A stretch of 64,000 nt of DNA from an uncultured Bacteroidales bacterium (GCA_964559985.1 CAZLJX010000003.1:109416-173415), one strand, 5' to 3'; positions 32,037 to 42,874 are shown, numbered from the stretch's first letter. Program-made: numbers and translations. Notes: generated from the sequence alone by a model not told the origin.

Positions 32037-32690
32037 TCACCCTGAATATTTTACTATTGCTTTAACCATTGCATCTGCCCCGTGGAAAATATCAGCCACC
32101 GTGGCATTGAGCATATAACAGGGCGTGGTAACAATTTTATTTTCCATATCAACCACAATTTCTCCGTTTTGCGTTTCTTTATGCCTGGCACCCAGTTTTT
32201 GTAATACTTTCACAGCATCGTTAGGCTGGCCTAAGGTGAGCTCAACATTGCCCAACACTTTAGCGATGAGAACCGGTGAAATACAGAGTGCACCAATAAA
32301 TTTCTTCTGCTTGTAAGCTTCGCGGATTACTTGTTCAACTTCGGGTAAAACCTTCATTTTGTCACCATCAAAGGCATAGGTCGATAAATTTTTGGCGGCT
32401 CCAAAACCTCCGGGAAAAACAATAGCATCAAATGCCTGAACTGTAAGGTTGCTTATTTCTTTAATTTTACCACGGGCTATCCTGGCCGATTCAACCAGTA
32501 CATTACGGTTGATGGCTTCGGGCTTGCCTGTCAGGTGATTAATGGTGTGATACTGATCAATATCGGGTGCAAAAATTTCATATTCAGCTCCATTTATATC
32601 AATGGCAAGCAGGGTCATTACCGCTTCGTGTATTTCTGAGCCGTCATATACTCCACACCCTGAAAGAATAACCGCAAATTTCTTTTTCAT
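32037..32690 (-). CDS. elbB: Isoprenoid biosynthesis glyoxalase ElbB (DJ-1/PfpI superfamily)
   Basis: The homologous part starts at Met29 (MKKKFAVILSGCGVYDGSEIHEA, ATG 32690). The track start at 32774 would overlap the divergent mpl gene. Confidence 0.82.
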   Translation of the reverse strand: MKKKFAVILSGCGVYDGSEIHEAVMTLLAIDINGAEYEIFAPDIDQYHTINHLTGKPEAINRNVLVESARIARGKIKEISNLTVQAFDAIVFPGGFGAAKNLSTYAFDGDKMKVLPEVEQVIREAYKQKKFIGALCISPVLIAKVLGNVELTLGQPNDAVKVLQKLGARHKETQNGEIVVDMENKIVTTPCYMLNATVADIFHGADAMVKAIVKYSG

Positions 32691-32788
32691 AATCGGTTGA
32701 ATTAATTTATTATTGTATCCGAAATTCTGTATAAAAATAATGATATTTCCGGTACACTTAAATGCTGTCGGCAAAAAATTATAAAATA

Positions 32789-34159
32789 ATGGGTCATATA
32801 CATTTCATAGCTATTGGAGGCAGTGCCATGCACAACCTTGCCATTGCCCTGCATAAAAAAGGTTACCATGTAACAGGGTCTGACGACGAAATTTTTGAAC
32901 CCAGCCGTTCAAGGCTTACTGCCTGCGGCCTTCTGCCCGAAAATCAGGGTTGGTTTCCCGATAAACTGACTGAAAATACTGAAGCTGTAATACTGGGAAT
33001 GCACGCCATGGCCGATAACCCTGAACTTGCCAGGGCAAAGCTGCTTAACCTGAAAATATTTTCTTACCCCGAATACCTTTACGAGCAAACCAAAGATAAA
33101 CTGAGAATTGTGGTAGGCGGAAGCCACGGAAAAACAACCATCACTTCTATGATCATGCATGTCATGAAATTTAACAATGTGTGTTTCGATTATATGGTAG
33201 GCGCACAGGTTGAGGGTTTCGACACCATGGTCAACCTGGAGAAAAACAGCCGTATTGCCGTTTTTGAAGGCGATGAATACCTTTCATCGACCCTTGACCC
33301 ACGGCCTAAATTTCACCTGTACCACCCCAATATTGCCATTATCAGCGGAATAGCATGGGACCATATCAATGTTTTCCCCACTTTTGAAAATTACTGCCAA
33401 CAGTTCGAGAAATTTGCCACAATGATAAGCCCGGGCGGTGCATTGATTTATTTTGAAAACGACGAAAATATCAGGCAAATTGCTTTAAATCTTAATGCAG
33501 GAATCAGAAAATTTCCCTACCCTACTCATCCTTACAGAACCGACGGAACGAAAACTTTCCTGGTTACTCGGTACGGCGATATTGAACTTCAGGTTTTTGG
33601 TGAGCATAACCTGCAGAATATCAATGCAGCAAGATTGGCCTGCCACGAAGCCGGTATTGACGATGAAAAATTTTATGCTGCCATTTCCTGTTTTAAAGGA
33701 GCTGCCAAAAGGCTGCAAATATTGCAGCAAACCGACAAAACAGCTATTTTTCTCGATTTTGCCCATTCGCCATCAAAACTTGAAGCAACCATTAAAGCCG
33801 TTAAAATGCAGTATCCCGAACGCAAACTTATTGCCTGTATGGAACTGCATACTTTCAGCAGCCTGAACGCAACATTTCTGCCGCATTACAAAGGCACCAT
33901 GAATACAGCAGATATGGCCATGGTTTATTACAACCCCGAAACCATCCGGCATAAACGGCTCGAAATGATAAATACCGACCAGGTTAAAAATGCCTTTGAC
34001 CACCCCAACTGCCGTGTCTATAACGATGCTGACAAAATAAGGTCAGACCTCAGTAAACTCAATCTCGAAAATGCCAACCTGCTGCTGATGACCTCGGGAA
34101 ATTTCTCAGGCATTGATTTTAAAAACTTTAGTAAAGAACTGATTGATAAACAAATCTGA
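32789..34159 (+). CDS. mpl: UDP-N-acetylmuramate:L-alanyl-gamma-D-glutamyl-meso-DAP ligase (Mur ligase family)
   Basis: Likely start Met10 (MGHIHFIAIGGSAMHNLA, ATG 32789). Mur-ligase P-loop VGGSHGKTTITSM. Confidence 0.85.
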   Translation: MGHIHFIAIGGSAMHNLAIALHKKGYHVTGSDDEIFEPSRSRLTACGLLPENQGWFPDKLTENTEAVILGMHAMADNPELARAKLLNLKIFSYPEYLYEQTKDKLRIVVGGSHGKTTITSMIMHVMKFNNVCFDYMVGAQVEGFDTMVNLEKNSRIAVFEGDEYLSSTLDPRPKFHLYHPNIAIISGIAWDHINVFPTFENYCQQFEKFATMISPGGALIYFENDENIRQIALNLNAGIRKFPYPTHPYRTDGTKTFLVTRYGDIELQVFGEHNLQNINAARLACHEAGIDDEKFYAAISCFKGAAKRLQILQQTDKTAIFLDFAHSPSKLEATIKAVKMQYPERKLIACMELHTFSSLNATFLPHYKGTMNTADMAMVYYNPETIRHKRLEMINTDQVKNAFDHPNCRVYNDADKIRSDLSKLNLENANLLLMTSGNFSGIDFKNFSKELIDKQI

Positions 34160-34182
34160 AGAGGTTAGGCAGGCGGTCTGTT

Positions 34183-36474
34183 TCATTCTGTTTTAATAAA
34201 CTTCAGGCTTGTTTTATTTCCTGCAACATCGGTAACTGCGACAAAATATACCCCGTTTTTCAAACCAATGATATTCATTGAAAATGTAAGGGTATTAGCA
34301 TCAGTATCATATACCCTTTGGCCGGTAAAATCGTAAAAGGTTACATGTTTTATCAGCGTTTTACCCGATATGGTAAGTTGGTTTTTCACAGGATTGGGAA
34401 AAATATTCTGTTTTTCAGGCTTGATATCATCAATATCACCAAATGTCCACATTAAATTAAACACACAAGTATCTGATTGCGGATAAAAAGTAAAATCAAT
34501 AGGATAAACATAAATATAAGGTGAGGTAATGTGGAACCAAGCAGTATAACAAATATCCTTTTCAAAAATTCTTGTAATGCTGTAAATTGTATCTGATATT
34601 TTTATCAAGGTGTCGGGCGGATGGCCAAACTGATTAAATTCACCTGTGATAAAAATATAATTGATTTCAGGGTTGTAAAACAAATTTATTATATGTTTTA
34701 TATTCAGATTGATAGTGACTACCGATAAATTTGAGTATGCCAGATTCAGATCGATCATGCAATTTGTATTTAGTTGAATCCATCCGGCCTCACTAAAGTA
34801 AATCATATTTGTCATACAGGAAGGAAACTTCACAGTGCGATCTTGAACAATATAAAATTCATTATTATCATAATCATCACCTGTATAAAATTCCAGTGCA
34901 GCATAATAGGAAGAAGAAGAAGGGATTTCAAGATTTCCTTCATCTGCAAAATCAAGGGTAAGGAAGTTCCCCCTGTCAGCTTCAGTCAGGGTATAGCGAT
35001 TGGTGCTGGCTAAAGGGGTATTAACAATCTGGCCTTCTTCATCCAGACCAAACAAACGGCCAACGATTTCGAACTGGCCTGCTGCTATCATCGCCGAATC
35101 ATTCCGCAAGGGTATAAAGGTGGTAAGCGATTTAATTTTAATATTTTGTCTTGTTTCGGGAAAATCATATAAAACCGCTAAGCGTGAACCTTCTGTGCTT
35201 AAGCTATTCACAAAAACACCGCATGAGAATGTTGTATAATTTTCAATATTATGAGAAACTCGTGAATAGGTATAGTTGGAAACTTCAAACCGGAGCGTGT
35301 CTGAATTATTTAAAGGCAGCACATCAGGCTGATTTGATGAAACATGGAATATGATATTATACGCTCCAATTCTGTCAGGCGTAAAAGGTGTTGTAATTTT
35401 GCATGTATCCTCTAAGGTAGCAGGCAAAGAATTGATTGGTGTACTTTGCTGGCTATAAACCATAAGCCCGTTACGTTCAATACGGGTATTCAGAATTACA
35501 TTATTTTGGATCTGAGATCCATTATTTTTAACCGCAGCCCTGAACTGTACAAAATTGCCAACTATATTACGTGGTATTTGGGTATAACCTCCAAACCAGT
35601 CATTATCCGGATCTACACCAATGCCTGCAGGAGGCATAAAAAGATAATCAGCCCACGTATTTTGAATAACAAGGTCATATTGAGGAGGTTGCTCAAGGTA
35701 AACATCATCTATTATCCAATAATAATGACTGGCACCGGTCATACGCCACATGAGCCTGACATTGCCCTGCCCTGCAGCCGATTCAGTGATATTGATGGTA
35801 ATAATAAACGGATTTACTGTCGGACCATCCAAAGGGAAACCACCCTTTGCGGAATATTCTGTCCAATGGGCTCCCGATGGGTTATTGGCGTCGTAATCGT
35901 TTGAAACATAGACAGATATTTTATTCTGTCCACTGCAACACCAACGGAACTTTTCTGAAAATCTGAGTAGTACGAAAGAAGTTTCGCTGAGATCAATAGC
36001 TGGTGTCATGATATAGGAATCTAACTGAATATAATTTGGATTCATCATCCCATTAGGAAGAGTATTGAAATAATCCAGTTCTAGCATCATAACACCATTG
36101 TTGCAGGTTTCACTGGCAAGGTTATGAAGTGGGTTGGTTGTAGGAACCAGCGAGGTCATCAGGTCAGGAGATATATATGATGTATATCTTCCTCTTGGTC
36201 CAAGCACCGACCAGTGCCAGTGAAAATTATTTCCAGTTGCATCGTAAACCGACCATCCTTCGGGCATAAGCGAAGAATCGGCAAGCAGATTGCCCGAATA
36301 CATTGCCGGATTGTATGGGGAAACCGAAGCTTTCCAGTCAACCGAATCGAAATGCTCCTCCCAAAAAATTTTACCCGGCAAATGATTATTCCCTTTTAAT
36401 GCAGGTGTTTGCGCATGCAATCCCGCAAAAATTATCATCAATCCTGAGTAAATAATACCTGGGGCTGTTTTCAT
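34183..36474 (-). CDS. T9SS-secreted protein of unknown function (C-terminal Por sorting domain)
   Basis: 763 aa with a signal peptide. The C-terminus NIFPNPVKNQLTISG...GVYFVAVTDVAGNKTSLKFIKTE is a typical T9SS CTD. Confidence 0.75.
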   Translation of the reverse strand: MKTAPGIIYSGLMIIFAGLHAQTPALKGNNHLPGKIFWEEHFDSVDWKASVSPYNPAMYSGNLLADSSLMPEGWSVYDATGNNFHWHWSVLGPRGRYTSYISPDLMTSLVPTTNPLHNLASETCNNGVMMLELDYFNTLPNGMMNPNYIQLDSYIMTPAIDLSETSFVLLRFSEKFRWCCSGQNKISVYVSNDYDANNPSGAHWTEYSAKGGFPLDGPTVNPFIITINITESAAGQGNVRLMWRMTGASHYYWIIDDVYLEQPPQYDLVIQNTWADYLFMPPAGIGVDPDNDWFGGYTQIPRNIVGNFVQFRAAVKNNGSQIQNNVILNTRIERNGLMVYSQQSTPINSLPATLEDTCKITTPFTPDRIGAYNIIFHVSSNQPDVLPLNNSDTLRFEVSNYTYSRVSHNIENYTTFSCGVFVNSLSTEGSRLAVLYDFPETRQNIKIKSLTTFIPLRNDSAMIAAGQFEIVGRLFGLDEEGQIVNTPLASTNRYTLTEADRGNFLTLDFADEGNLEIPSSSSYYAALEFYTGDDYDNNEFYIVQDRTVKFPSCMTNMIYFSEAGWIQLNTNCMIDLNLAYSNLSVVTINLNIKHIINLFYNPEINYIFITGEFNQFGHPPDTLIKISDTIYSITRIFEKDICYTAWFHITSPYIYVYPIDFTFYPQSDTCVFNLMWTFGDIDDIKPEKQNIFPNPVKNQLTISGKTLIKHVTFYDFTGQRVYDTDANTLTFSMNIIGLKNGVYFVAVTDVAGNKTSLKFIKTE

Positions 36475-36640
36475 TTTATGCTGTGATTTTGGTTGTTACA
36501 AGTTATGAAGTTTCTTCTGCTTTTCCAAAAATTATTTACTGAATTGCTAAAACGGCACAAAAATGAAATGTTGCAGATCAATTGTTAAATTCACCATTAT
36601 CTGATAAAAATAATTTATGTAGAAATTAATAATGCCACGC

Positions 36641-36683
36641 AATAACAAAACAAAAACCCGGCCGTTGTTCACCAACCGGGTTT
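36641..36683 (-). terminator. Rho-independent terminator after hppA
   Basis: The minus strand reads AAACCCGG-ttggtgaacaacgg-CCGGGTTT followed by TTGTTTTGTTATT, about 18 nt after the stop codon. Confidence 0.7.
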
Positions 36684-36701
36684 CAATATCATGGAATGAA
36701 A

Positions 36702-39161
36702 TCAGACTTCAGCGATTTTTGAGATTCTCATTTTATAAAAACTACGGTACACAAAAATCAGGGCAACTGCAAGGAATAACAAGCCTGCAAAAGGTGCAGC
36801 ATCGCGGAAGTTTTCACTGATTGCAATTTCCATGGCCAACAAACCAAAAAGCGTTGTAAACTTAATAATCGGGTTAAGGGCCACGGAAGATGTATCTTTA
36901 AACGGATCGCCCACGGTATCGCCAACTACGGTAGCTGCATGCAGGTCGGTACCTTTTTGTTTCAGGTCAACTTCGACTACTTTTTTAGCATTATCCCAAC
37001 ACCCCCCGGCATTGGCCATAAATACGGCCTGGAACAACCCAAAAACAGCAATGGCAATTAGGTAACTCACAAAAAGCGCTACAGCATTGTTTCCACCAAT
37101 TCCCGAGGGTGACGACAGGCAGGCAAAAGCCAGCGCAAAGAAAAAGATACCGATAAAAATATTAAACATCCCTTTCTGGGCATATTGAGTACAAATGGTA
37201 ACCACCTCGGTAGATGCTTTGGCATCGGCTTTTTTAGGGGCATTCGGATCAAGGTTGATATGTCGTTTTATATATTCAACAGCCCTGTAAGCACCGGTAG
37301 TAACTGCCTGGGTTGATGCTCCGGTAAACCAGTAAATGACTGCACCTCCTAAAATGTATCCAAGAATTGAATAAGGGTTGAGTATATTCAGAATCATTTC
37401 AGGCTGAACGCCCAATGTTTTCTGAATCATTAAAATAAGTGAAAAAATCATGGTCGTAGCTCCCACTACAGCTGTACCAATAAGCACCGGTTTGGCAGTG
37501 GCTTTAAATGTATTCCCCGCGCCATCATTGGCTTCGAGATAATATTTTGATTTTTCCCAGTCAGGTTTAAAACCAAAATCTTTTTCAATTTCTTTATCCA
37601 CATCCGGAACTTCTTCAATGAGCGATAATTCATACACCGATTGGGCATTATCGGTTACCGGCCCGTAACTGTCAACAGCAATGGTTACCGGCCCCATACC
37701 CAGCAGCCCGAAGGCTACCAGCCCAAAGGCAAAAATTGAAGGATAAACCATTATCTCACTGAGTCCGAAGGTGCTGATAAAATATGCCGCGAACATCAAC
37801 ACGAAAAAAACGATACCCTGCCAGAAAGCACTGAAATTACCGGCAACAAAACCCGAAAGAATGACCAGTGAGGAACCACCTTCCCTGCCGGCGCTTACAA
37901 CTTCGCGTACATGGCCCGATTTGGGAGAGGTAAATATTTTGGTAAATTCAGGAATCAATGCTCCGCCAATGGTTCCGCAACTGATGATGGTCGAAAGGAT
38001 CCACCACATATCGGTATTGCCGTTTAAATCGGGAATCATGATATAGCTTGCAACAAAAGTAACGATAATGGAAAGCATCGAAGTTATCCAGACAAGGTGG
38101 GTAAGGGGTGCTTCGAAGTCAATTTCGTCCTTACCGCCATATTTTGATTCGTTAAAAAAACCATTGATATAAAATGCAGAAATTGATGTAAGGATCATCA
38201 GAATGCGCATCACAAAAATCCAGGACAATAATTTAATTTGTAATGAAGCGGTAAGCATTTCGTCCATGCCGAGCACCGAACCGCCCACAGCCAGCAGAAT
38301 AAATGAGATGAGTGCAACACCCGTTACCCCATAGGTTTCAAAACCATCGGCAGTAGGGCCAACGCTATCGCCGGCATTGTCGCCTGCACAGTCGGCAATA
38401 ACACCCGGGTTTCGAGGGTCGTCTTCGCCAATTTTAAAAACAACTTTCATCAGATCGGAGCCTATATCGGCAATTTTGGTAAAAATACCACCGGCAATCC
38501 TCAGGGCTGATGCGCCTAACGATTCACCAATGGCAAAACCAATAAAACAAGCCCCGGCCAGATGACCAGGCATAAACAACAAGATAATCAACATCATAAT
38601 CAGTTCAACACAAATCAACACCACACCAATGCTCATTCCGGCATTTAAAGGTATTTTCAGCAATTTAAGCGGGTTGCGTTGCAGCGATGCAAAAGCCATC
38701 CGTGCATTAGCCAGGGTATTCATCCTGATTCCGAACGCTGCGACACTGTATGAACCCATAATCCCGATCACTGTCCACAAAAGGATAAGCAATACCCCAC
38801 CAACGCCAAACAGTGAATTCCCGGCATGGTCTTTTGCCAGAAAACCAAAATAACCTGCTACAGCAGCGCCGATAAAAAGAAACAGAATGGCAATAAATTT
38901 ACCCTGCTGTTTCAGGTAGGCATTGCAGGTTTTATAAATAACATCTGCAATATCAAGCATTGATTTATGAGCTGGAAGTTTTTTAACCTTCATAAACTGG
39001 TAAAGCCCGAACAAAAGGCCCAGGGTGGTAATTAAAAACCCCCAGTAAAGGATTGATTCATGCTTTATCTGGGAGGGAATAACAAGCTCGGCTTCACTTG
39101 CATAAAGGAACCCTGGTGACAACATCGCCAGGAATGTTCCGGTGAGGATGGATTTTTTCAT
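36702..39161 (-). CDS. hppA: Membrane-bound ion-translocating pyrophosphatase
   Basis: 819 aa, polytopic, with the PPase motifs GDNAGDSVGP, DNVGD-type and GDTVGDPFKDT. The GNTFKATAKP segment has Lys where K+-independent enzymes do (tentative). Confidence 0.93.
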   Translation of the reverse strand: MKKSILTGTFLAMLSPGFLYASEAELVIPSQIKHESILYWGFLITTLGLLFGLYQFMKVKKLPAHKSMLDIADVIYKTCNAYLKQQGKFIAILFLFIGAAVAGYFGFLAKDHAGNSLFGVGGVLLILLWTVIGIMGSYSVAAFGIRMNTLANARMAFASLQRNPLKLLKIPLNAGMSIGVVLICVELIMMLIILLFMPGHLAGACFIGFAIGESLGASALRIAGGIFTKIADIGSDLMKVVFKIGEDDPRNPGVIADCAGDNAGDSVGPTADGFETYGVTGVALISFILLAVGGSVLGMDEMLTASLQIKLLSWIFVMRILMILTSISAFYINGFFNESKYGGKDEIDFEAPLTHLVWITSMLSIIVTFVASYIMIPDLNGNTDMWWILSTIISCGTIGGALIPEFTKIFTSPKSGHVREVVSAGREGGSSLVILSGFVAGNFSAFWQGIVFFVLMFAAYFISTFGLSEIMVYPSIFAFGLVAFGLLGMGPVTIAVDSYGPVTDNAQSVYELSLIEEVPDVDKEIEKDFGFKPDWEKSKYYLEANDGAGNTFKATAKPVLIGTAVVGATTMIFSLILMIQKTLGVQPEMILNILNPYSILGYILGGAVIYWFTGASTQAVTTGAYRAVEYIKRHINLDPNAPKKADAKASTEVVTICTQYAQKGMFNIFIGIFFFALAFACLSSPSGIGGNNAVALFVSYLIAIAVFGLFQAVFMANAGGCWDNAKKVVEVDLKQKGTDLHAATVVGDTVGDPFKDTSSVALNPIIKFTTLFGLLAMEIAISENFRDAAPFAGLLFLAVALIFVYRSFYKMRISKIAEV

Positions 39162-39301
39162 ATTTGTTTCTCCTAGTTTTTCATTTTAGCGTAAAATTAT
39201 AAGAAAAGCCGAATTATTTCAAAATACCGCAAAAAAAAACTGAATAATCCTTAAAAAATCTTATCAGTTTCATATTTTTGTATGGAATCATAATTGCTGA
39301 A

Positions 39302-39973
39302 ATGGGTAAAAAAGCGATCGTTTTTGGAGCTACCGGTTTAGTTGGAAGTCACCTGGTTGATCTTCTGGCCAGCGATGACCGTTATTCCGAAATCCTTGTT
39401 TTTGTTAGAAGACGTTACGTTCATCCCTCACCCAAAATAAAAACGATTCTGGCTGATTTTTCCATACCACATTCATTTGCCGGTGATGTAAAAGGTGATG
39501 AGGTTTTTTGCTGCCTTGGCACAACCATGCGCCAGTCGCAGCAAAGCCATACTGCTTTCCGTTCGGTCGATATCGATCTGGCTGTTAAAATTGCTGAAAC
39601 AGCTCATCATAACGGAATACCTTCTTTTATTGTTATTTCTTCAATAGGTGCATCGGCCCGAAGCCGCAATTTCTATCTCCGGACAAAAGGGAAAATGGAA
39701 CTTAAAGTGAAAAAGTTTGCTTTTAAAACCCTGGTCATTGTAAGGCCTTCATTACTTCTCGGAAAACGTACTGAAAAGCGTATGGCAGAAAAAGCCGGCC
39801 AGATTCTTAATCATATGCTGGGATTTGCTTTGTTCGGAAAATGGAAAAAATATAAAGCCATCCATGCCAGCACCCTTGCCTGTGCTATGATTGAACTTGC
39901 CAATACCAGCCAGGGTAATGTAATTGCCGAAAACGATTTGTTGCTGACCTACCGGAACAAAAAAAATCAATAG
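39302..39973 (+). CDS. NAD(P)H-binding protein (atypical SDR / NmrA-like)
   Basis: Likely start Met9 (MGKKAIVFGATGLVGSHLV, ATG 39302) with a Rossmann GxxGxxG motif. Confidence 0.7.
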   Translation: MGKKAIVFGATGLVGSHLVDLLASDDRYSEILVFVRRRYVHPSPKIKTILADFSIPHSFAGDVKGDEVFCCLGTTMRQSQQSHTAFRSVDIDLAVKIAETAHHNGIPSFIVISSIGASARSRNFYLRTKGKMELKVKKFAFKTLVIVRPSLLLGKRTEKRMAEKAGQILNHMLGFALFGKWKKYKAIHASTLACAMIELANTSQGNVIAENDLLLTYRNKKNQ

Positions 39974-39976
39974 TTT

Positions 39977-40783
39977 TCAGGGAACAAGCAGTTTCTGTAA
40001 CTCCTCTGATGAACCGTTGAAAACATTAAAATCAACATCACCGCGAATTCCAGGCACTTTCCCTTTATCGCTGTGTTGCCAGAACGTCCACAAATTGCTG
40101 CTCAGGTATAATTTAGGTTTATAATAATGGGCAATCCAGAACGGATAATCTGAAAAACCTTCATTTTGCATATGTTTCAGGTAAAACCCCAGGCTGGTAT
40201 AAATTACCGGCTTAACATGGTAGTGCTCTTCTATGATCCGCAGCCAGTTTTTTATTCCAAGCCTTGTATTGTCGACAGAATACCTGCCCGTAATTTCGAT
40301 ATCAAGAACCGGCGGCAGGTCGCCTTTTTCAAGTTTAACGGTCTGAATAAAATTCTTTGCCTGCAGCTTGGAATTTACATTGGGATTATAAAAATGATAT
40401 GCACCTCTTATTAAACCGTATCGTTTTGCCTGCCGCCAGTTATAGTTAAAATGCCGGTCATAATTATCGGCACCTTCGGTGGCTTTGATAAAGATAAAAG
40501 AAATCTTAACGCCATTATCTTCAGCTTTTCCAAGCTTATTCCATTCAATCTTTGACTGGTAACGTGAAATATCAATCCCATGAATCTCAAATCTTTTTGG
40601 TAAACCTATCCCAAAAGCAGCAATGCGTTCTTTTCCAACAGCATCTGAATTATCGAACAGGGTGTAATAAATCATATTGGCAACATACCCCAGCTCAACC
40701 CGGAAATAATAACCCGGAAATGTCAGCATTATCAAAACTGCACCTGACATGATCCACCATTTATATTTTTTCAATAAATCCAT
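39977..40783 (-). CDS. Glycoside hydrolase family 25 lysozyme (membrane-anchored)
   Basis: 268 aa with an N-terminal TM helix and GH25 blocks GIDISRYQ, FIFIKATEG and RGAYHF. Confidence 0.85.
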   Translation of the reverse strand: MDLLKKYKWWIMSGAVLIMLTFPGYYFRVELGYVANMIYYTLFDNSDAVGKERIAAFGIGLPKRFEIHGIDISRYQSKIEWNKLGKAEDNGVKISFIFIKATEGADNYDRHFNYNWRQAKRYGLIRGAYHFYNPNVNSKLQAKNFIQTVKLEKGDLPPVLDIEITGRYSVDNTRLGIKNWLRIIEEHYHVKPVIYTSLGFYLKHMQNEGFSDYPFWIAHYYKPKLYLSSNLWTFWQHSDKGKVPGIRGDVDFNVFNGSSEELQKLLVP

Positions 40784-40794
40784 TTCCGGCTTTT

Positions 40795-41502
40795 CTAAAT
40801 ATGCGAGATTTTAACCAACGCTTTATGATTTAGTATTTTAATCTTTCTTCTCTCCAGGCTGATGAATTTGTCGTTTTTAAATTCAGACAATTGCCTGATG
40901 ATAGTTTCTGTTGCCGTTCCCACCAGATTAGCCAGATCTTCGCGTGTCAGAGCAATCTGAATGTTTTGCTGATCATCGAGGCCAAAGGTCTCTTTCAAAT
41001 CAATTAATACCGCAGCAAGCCTTTCACGTACAGATTTTTGAGCCAGGTCGGTTATGTGTTCTCCATACCGGTTCAGTTCCCTGCAAAGGTATTGAATCAG
41101 GTGTAACGAAAAAGATGGGTTGGTATGGATAAAACCAAGAATGATTTCTGCCGGGATGACACAAATATGGGCATCTTCTATCACCCTGGCGGTATGACCT
41201 GAAATGTCACCTGAAAATGCCGACCGGTAACCAACAGTTTCGCCCTTTTTGACAAATGCAATAATCTGCTCTTTCCCCGATATTCCGGTGCGGTATAATT
41301 TAAGCTTTCCCTCGTTGATACAATATAAATGATTAATCCTCAGCCCTTCATTATAAACAATACTGCCACTGCGATACAAGCCGCATGTTTTTCTTTGATT
41401 GATAATTTCCAATTCAGCTTTTGACAGAAAAGAAAATAATCCCCTGGTACCGGTTATACATCCCGGGCATTCATTCAATCGCCTGGTTATTCTATGTTTC
41501 AT
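40795..41502 (-). CDS. Crp/Fnr-family transcriptional regulator
   Basis: 235 aa with a cNMP-binding beta-roll and a C-terminal HTH (LTREDLANLVGTATETIIRQLSEF). Confidence 0.85.
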   Translation of the reverse strand: MKHRITRRLNECPGCITGTRGLFSFLSKAELEIINQRKTCGLYRSGSIVYNEGLRINHLYCINEGKLKLYRTGISGKEQIIAFVKKGETVGYRSAFSGDISGHTARVIEDAHICVIPAEIILGFIHTNPSFSLHLIQYLCRELNRYGEHITDLAQKSVRERLAAVLIDLKETFGLDDQQNIQIALTREDLANLVGTATETIIRQLSEFKNDKFISLERRKIKILNHKALVKISHI

Positions 41503-41712
41503 CCCAGTTTTTCAATAGTACTTATAGTCATCGTATTCCATTTTTTACATTAAGAATCGGACAACCTTTTTACAAATAAACAAATTTTTTTATTATAAGT
41601 TTCATTGGGCTAAACATTGATAACTCAAAAATATCATTTTGTTTTCTGTAGATTTTCATTTTGGTAAATGAAAAATCATTATTTTTGGAATCTAATCTTA
41701 AAAAATTTTGAT

Positions 41713-42090
41713 ATGAATATTCCTGCTCAGTTAAAGTACACACACGACCATGAATGGATCAGGGTTGAAGGTAATTACGGGTATATTGGGGTTACTGATT
41801 ATGCCCAAAGCCAACTTGGCGACGTGGTTTTTGTCGAAATAGAATCGTTGGGTAAAAAATTGGCAAAGGGACAGGCTTTCGGAACCATCGAAGCTGTAAA
41901 AACCGTATCGGAAATGTATATGCCTGTTGCGGGCGAAGTGGTTGAAGTGAATACGGCCATCAACAACTCACCTGAAGTAGTAAACAAGGATCCTTATGGC
42001 GAAGGCTGGATGATAAAAATACTGATTACCAATCCTGCTGAACTCAATGATTTGTTCGATGCAGCAAAATACCAGGCCACATTAGGCTAA
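41713..42090 (+). CDS. gcvH: Glycine cleavage system protein H
   Basis: Likely start Met16 (MNIPAQLKYTHDHEWI, ATG 41713), with the lipoyl-lysine motif EAVKTVSE. Confidence 0.92.
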   Translation: MNIPAQLKYTHDHEWIRVEGNYGYIGVTDYAQSQLGDVVFVEIESLGKKLAKGQAFGTIEAVKTVSEMYMPVAGEVVEVNTAINNSPEVVNKDPYGEGWMIKILITNPAELNDLFDAAKYQATLG

Positions 42091-42109
42091 TGTTTTTCTT
42101 TTTATGTTA

Positions 42110-42170
42110 ATACCTGTAAAAACCTGTTTCCTGGTTTTATATAATAAGGGAAACAGGATTTTACAGGTAT
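42110..42170 (+). terminator. Long near-perfect hairpin after gcvH (terminator or structured element)
   Basis: Arms ATACCTGTAAAAACCTGTTTCC (42110..42131) and GGAAACAGGATTTTACAGGTAT (42149..42170) pair at 21 of 22 positions around a 17-nt loop. Followed by TTTAATTTTC. Confidence 0.6.
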
Positions 42171-42187
42171 TTTAATTTTCTATCAAC

Positions 42188-42874
42188 ATGTCAGGGAAAA
42201 ATGTCATTATTGTTGCCGGCGGAAAAGGCACCCGCATGAAAAGCGATATTCCCAAGCAATTTATGATGCTTGGCAATAAACCTGTTTTAATGCATACGAT
42301 AGAAAATTTTTATATCTCTGATCCACAAATCAATATACTGGTGGTTATCCCGTCAGCCTATCATCAATACTGGGAAGAATTATGCAGCGCCCTGAAATTT
42401 GAAATTCCTCATCAGCTTATTGCCGGTGGTGAAGAACGTTTTTATTCGGTAAAAAACGGGTTGGACCAGGTTCCCGAAAATGGATTAGTCGCCATACACG
42501 ATGGTGTGAGGCCGCTGGCAAGCCCTGCATTGATAAACCGTTGCTTTGAAACTGCAGCTAAACATGGCAGTGCCATACCTGTTACAGGGGTTTCAGAATC
42601 ACTCAGGCAAATCACTTCAATGCATTCAATTCCGGTCGACCGCAGCCAATACCGGTTGGTACAGACCCCCCAGGTTTTTGATACCAGGCTGATAAAAAAA
42701 GGCTATACGCTGCCATATCATCCATCTTTTACCGACGATGCCACCGTCTTTGAAGCTGCCATTGGCCCGGTAACCCTTACCGAGGGTGAAAAATCAAATA
42801 TAAAAATCACCTGCCCTGAAGATCTGGTTATAGCGGAGGCATTGATTAAAAATCAAAAAAAAAACCGGCATTAA
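42188..42874 (+). CDS. ispD: 2-C-methyl-D-erythritol 4-phosphate cytidylyltransferase
   Basis: 228 aa with IIVAGGKGTRM and VAIHDGVRP motifs. Confidence 0.92.
   Translation: MSGKNVIIVAGGKGTRMKSDIPKQFMMLGNKPVLMHTIENFYISDPQINILVVIPSAYHQYWEELCSALKFEIPHQLIAGGEERFYSVKNGLDQVPENGLVAIHDGVRPLASPALINRCFETAAKHGSAIPVTGVSESLRQITSMHSIPVDRSQYRLVQTPQVFDTRLIKKGYTLPYHPSFTDDATVFEAAIGPVTLTEGEKSNIKITCPEDLVIAEALIKNQKKNRH

Noticed and set aside
41503-41712. A glycine riboswitch or Fnr-type operator upstream of gcvH, and the AT-only inverted repeat GATTTTCATTT..AAATGAAAAATC (41651..41677).
   Set aside because: There are no GGAGAG/CACCG-type conserved riboswitch cores and no TTGAT-N4-ATCAA site. The inverted repeat is almost all A:T with a bulge, which is too weak to call.
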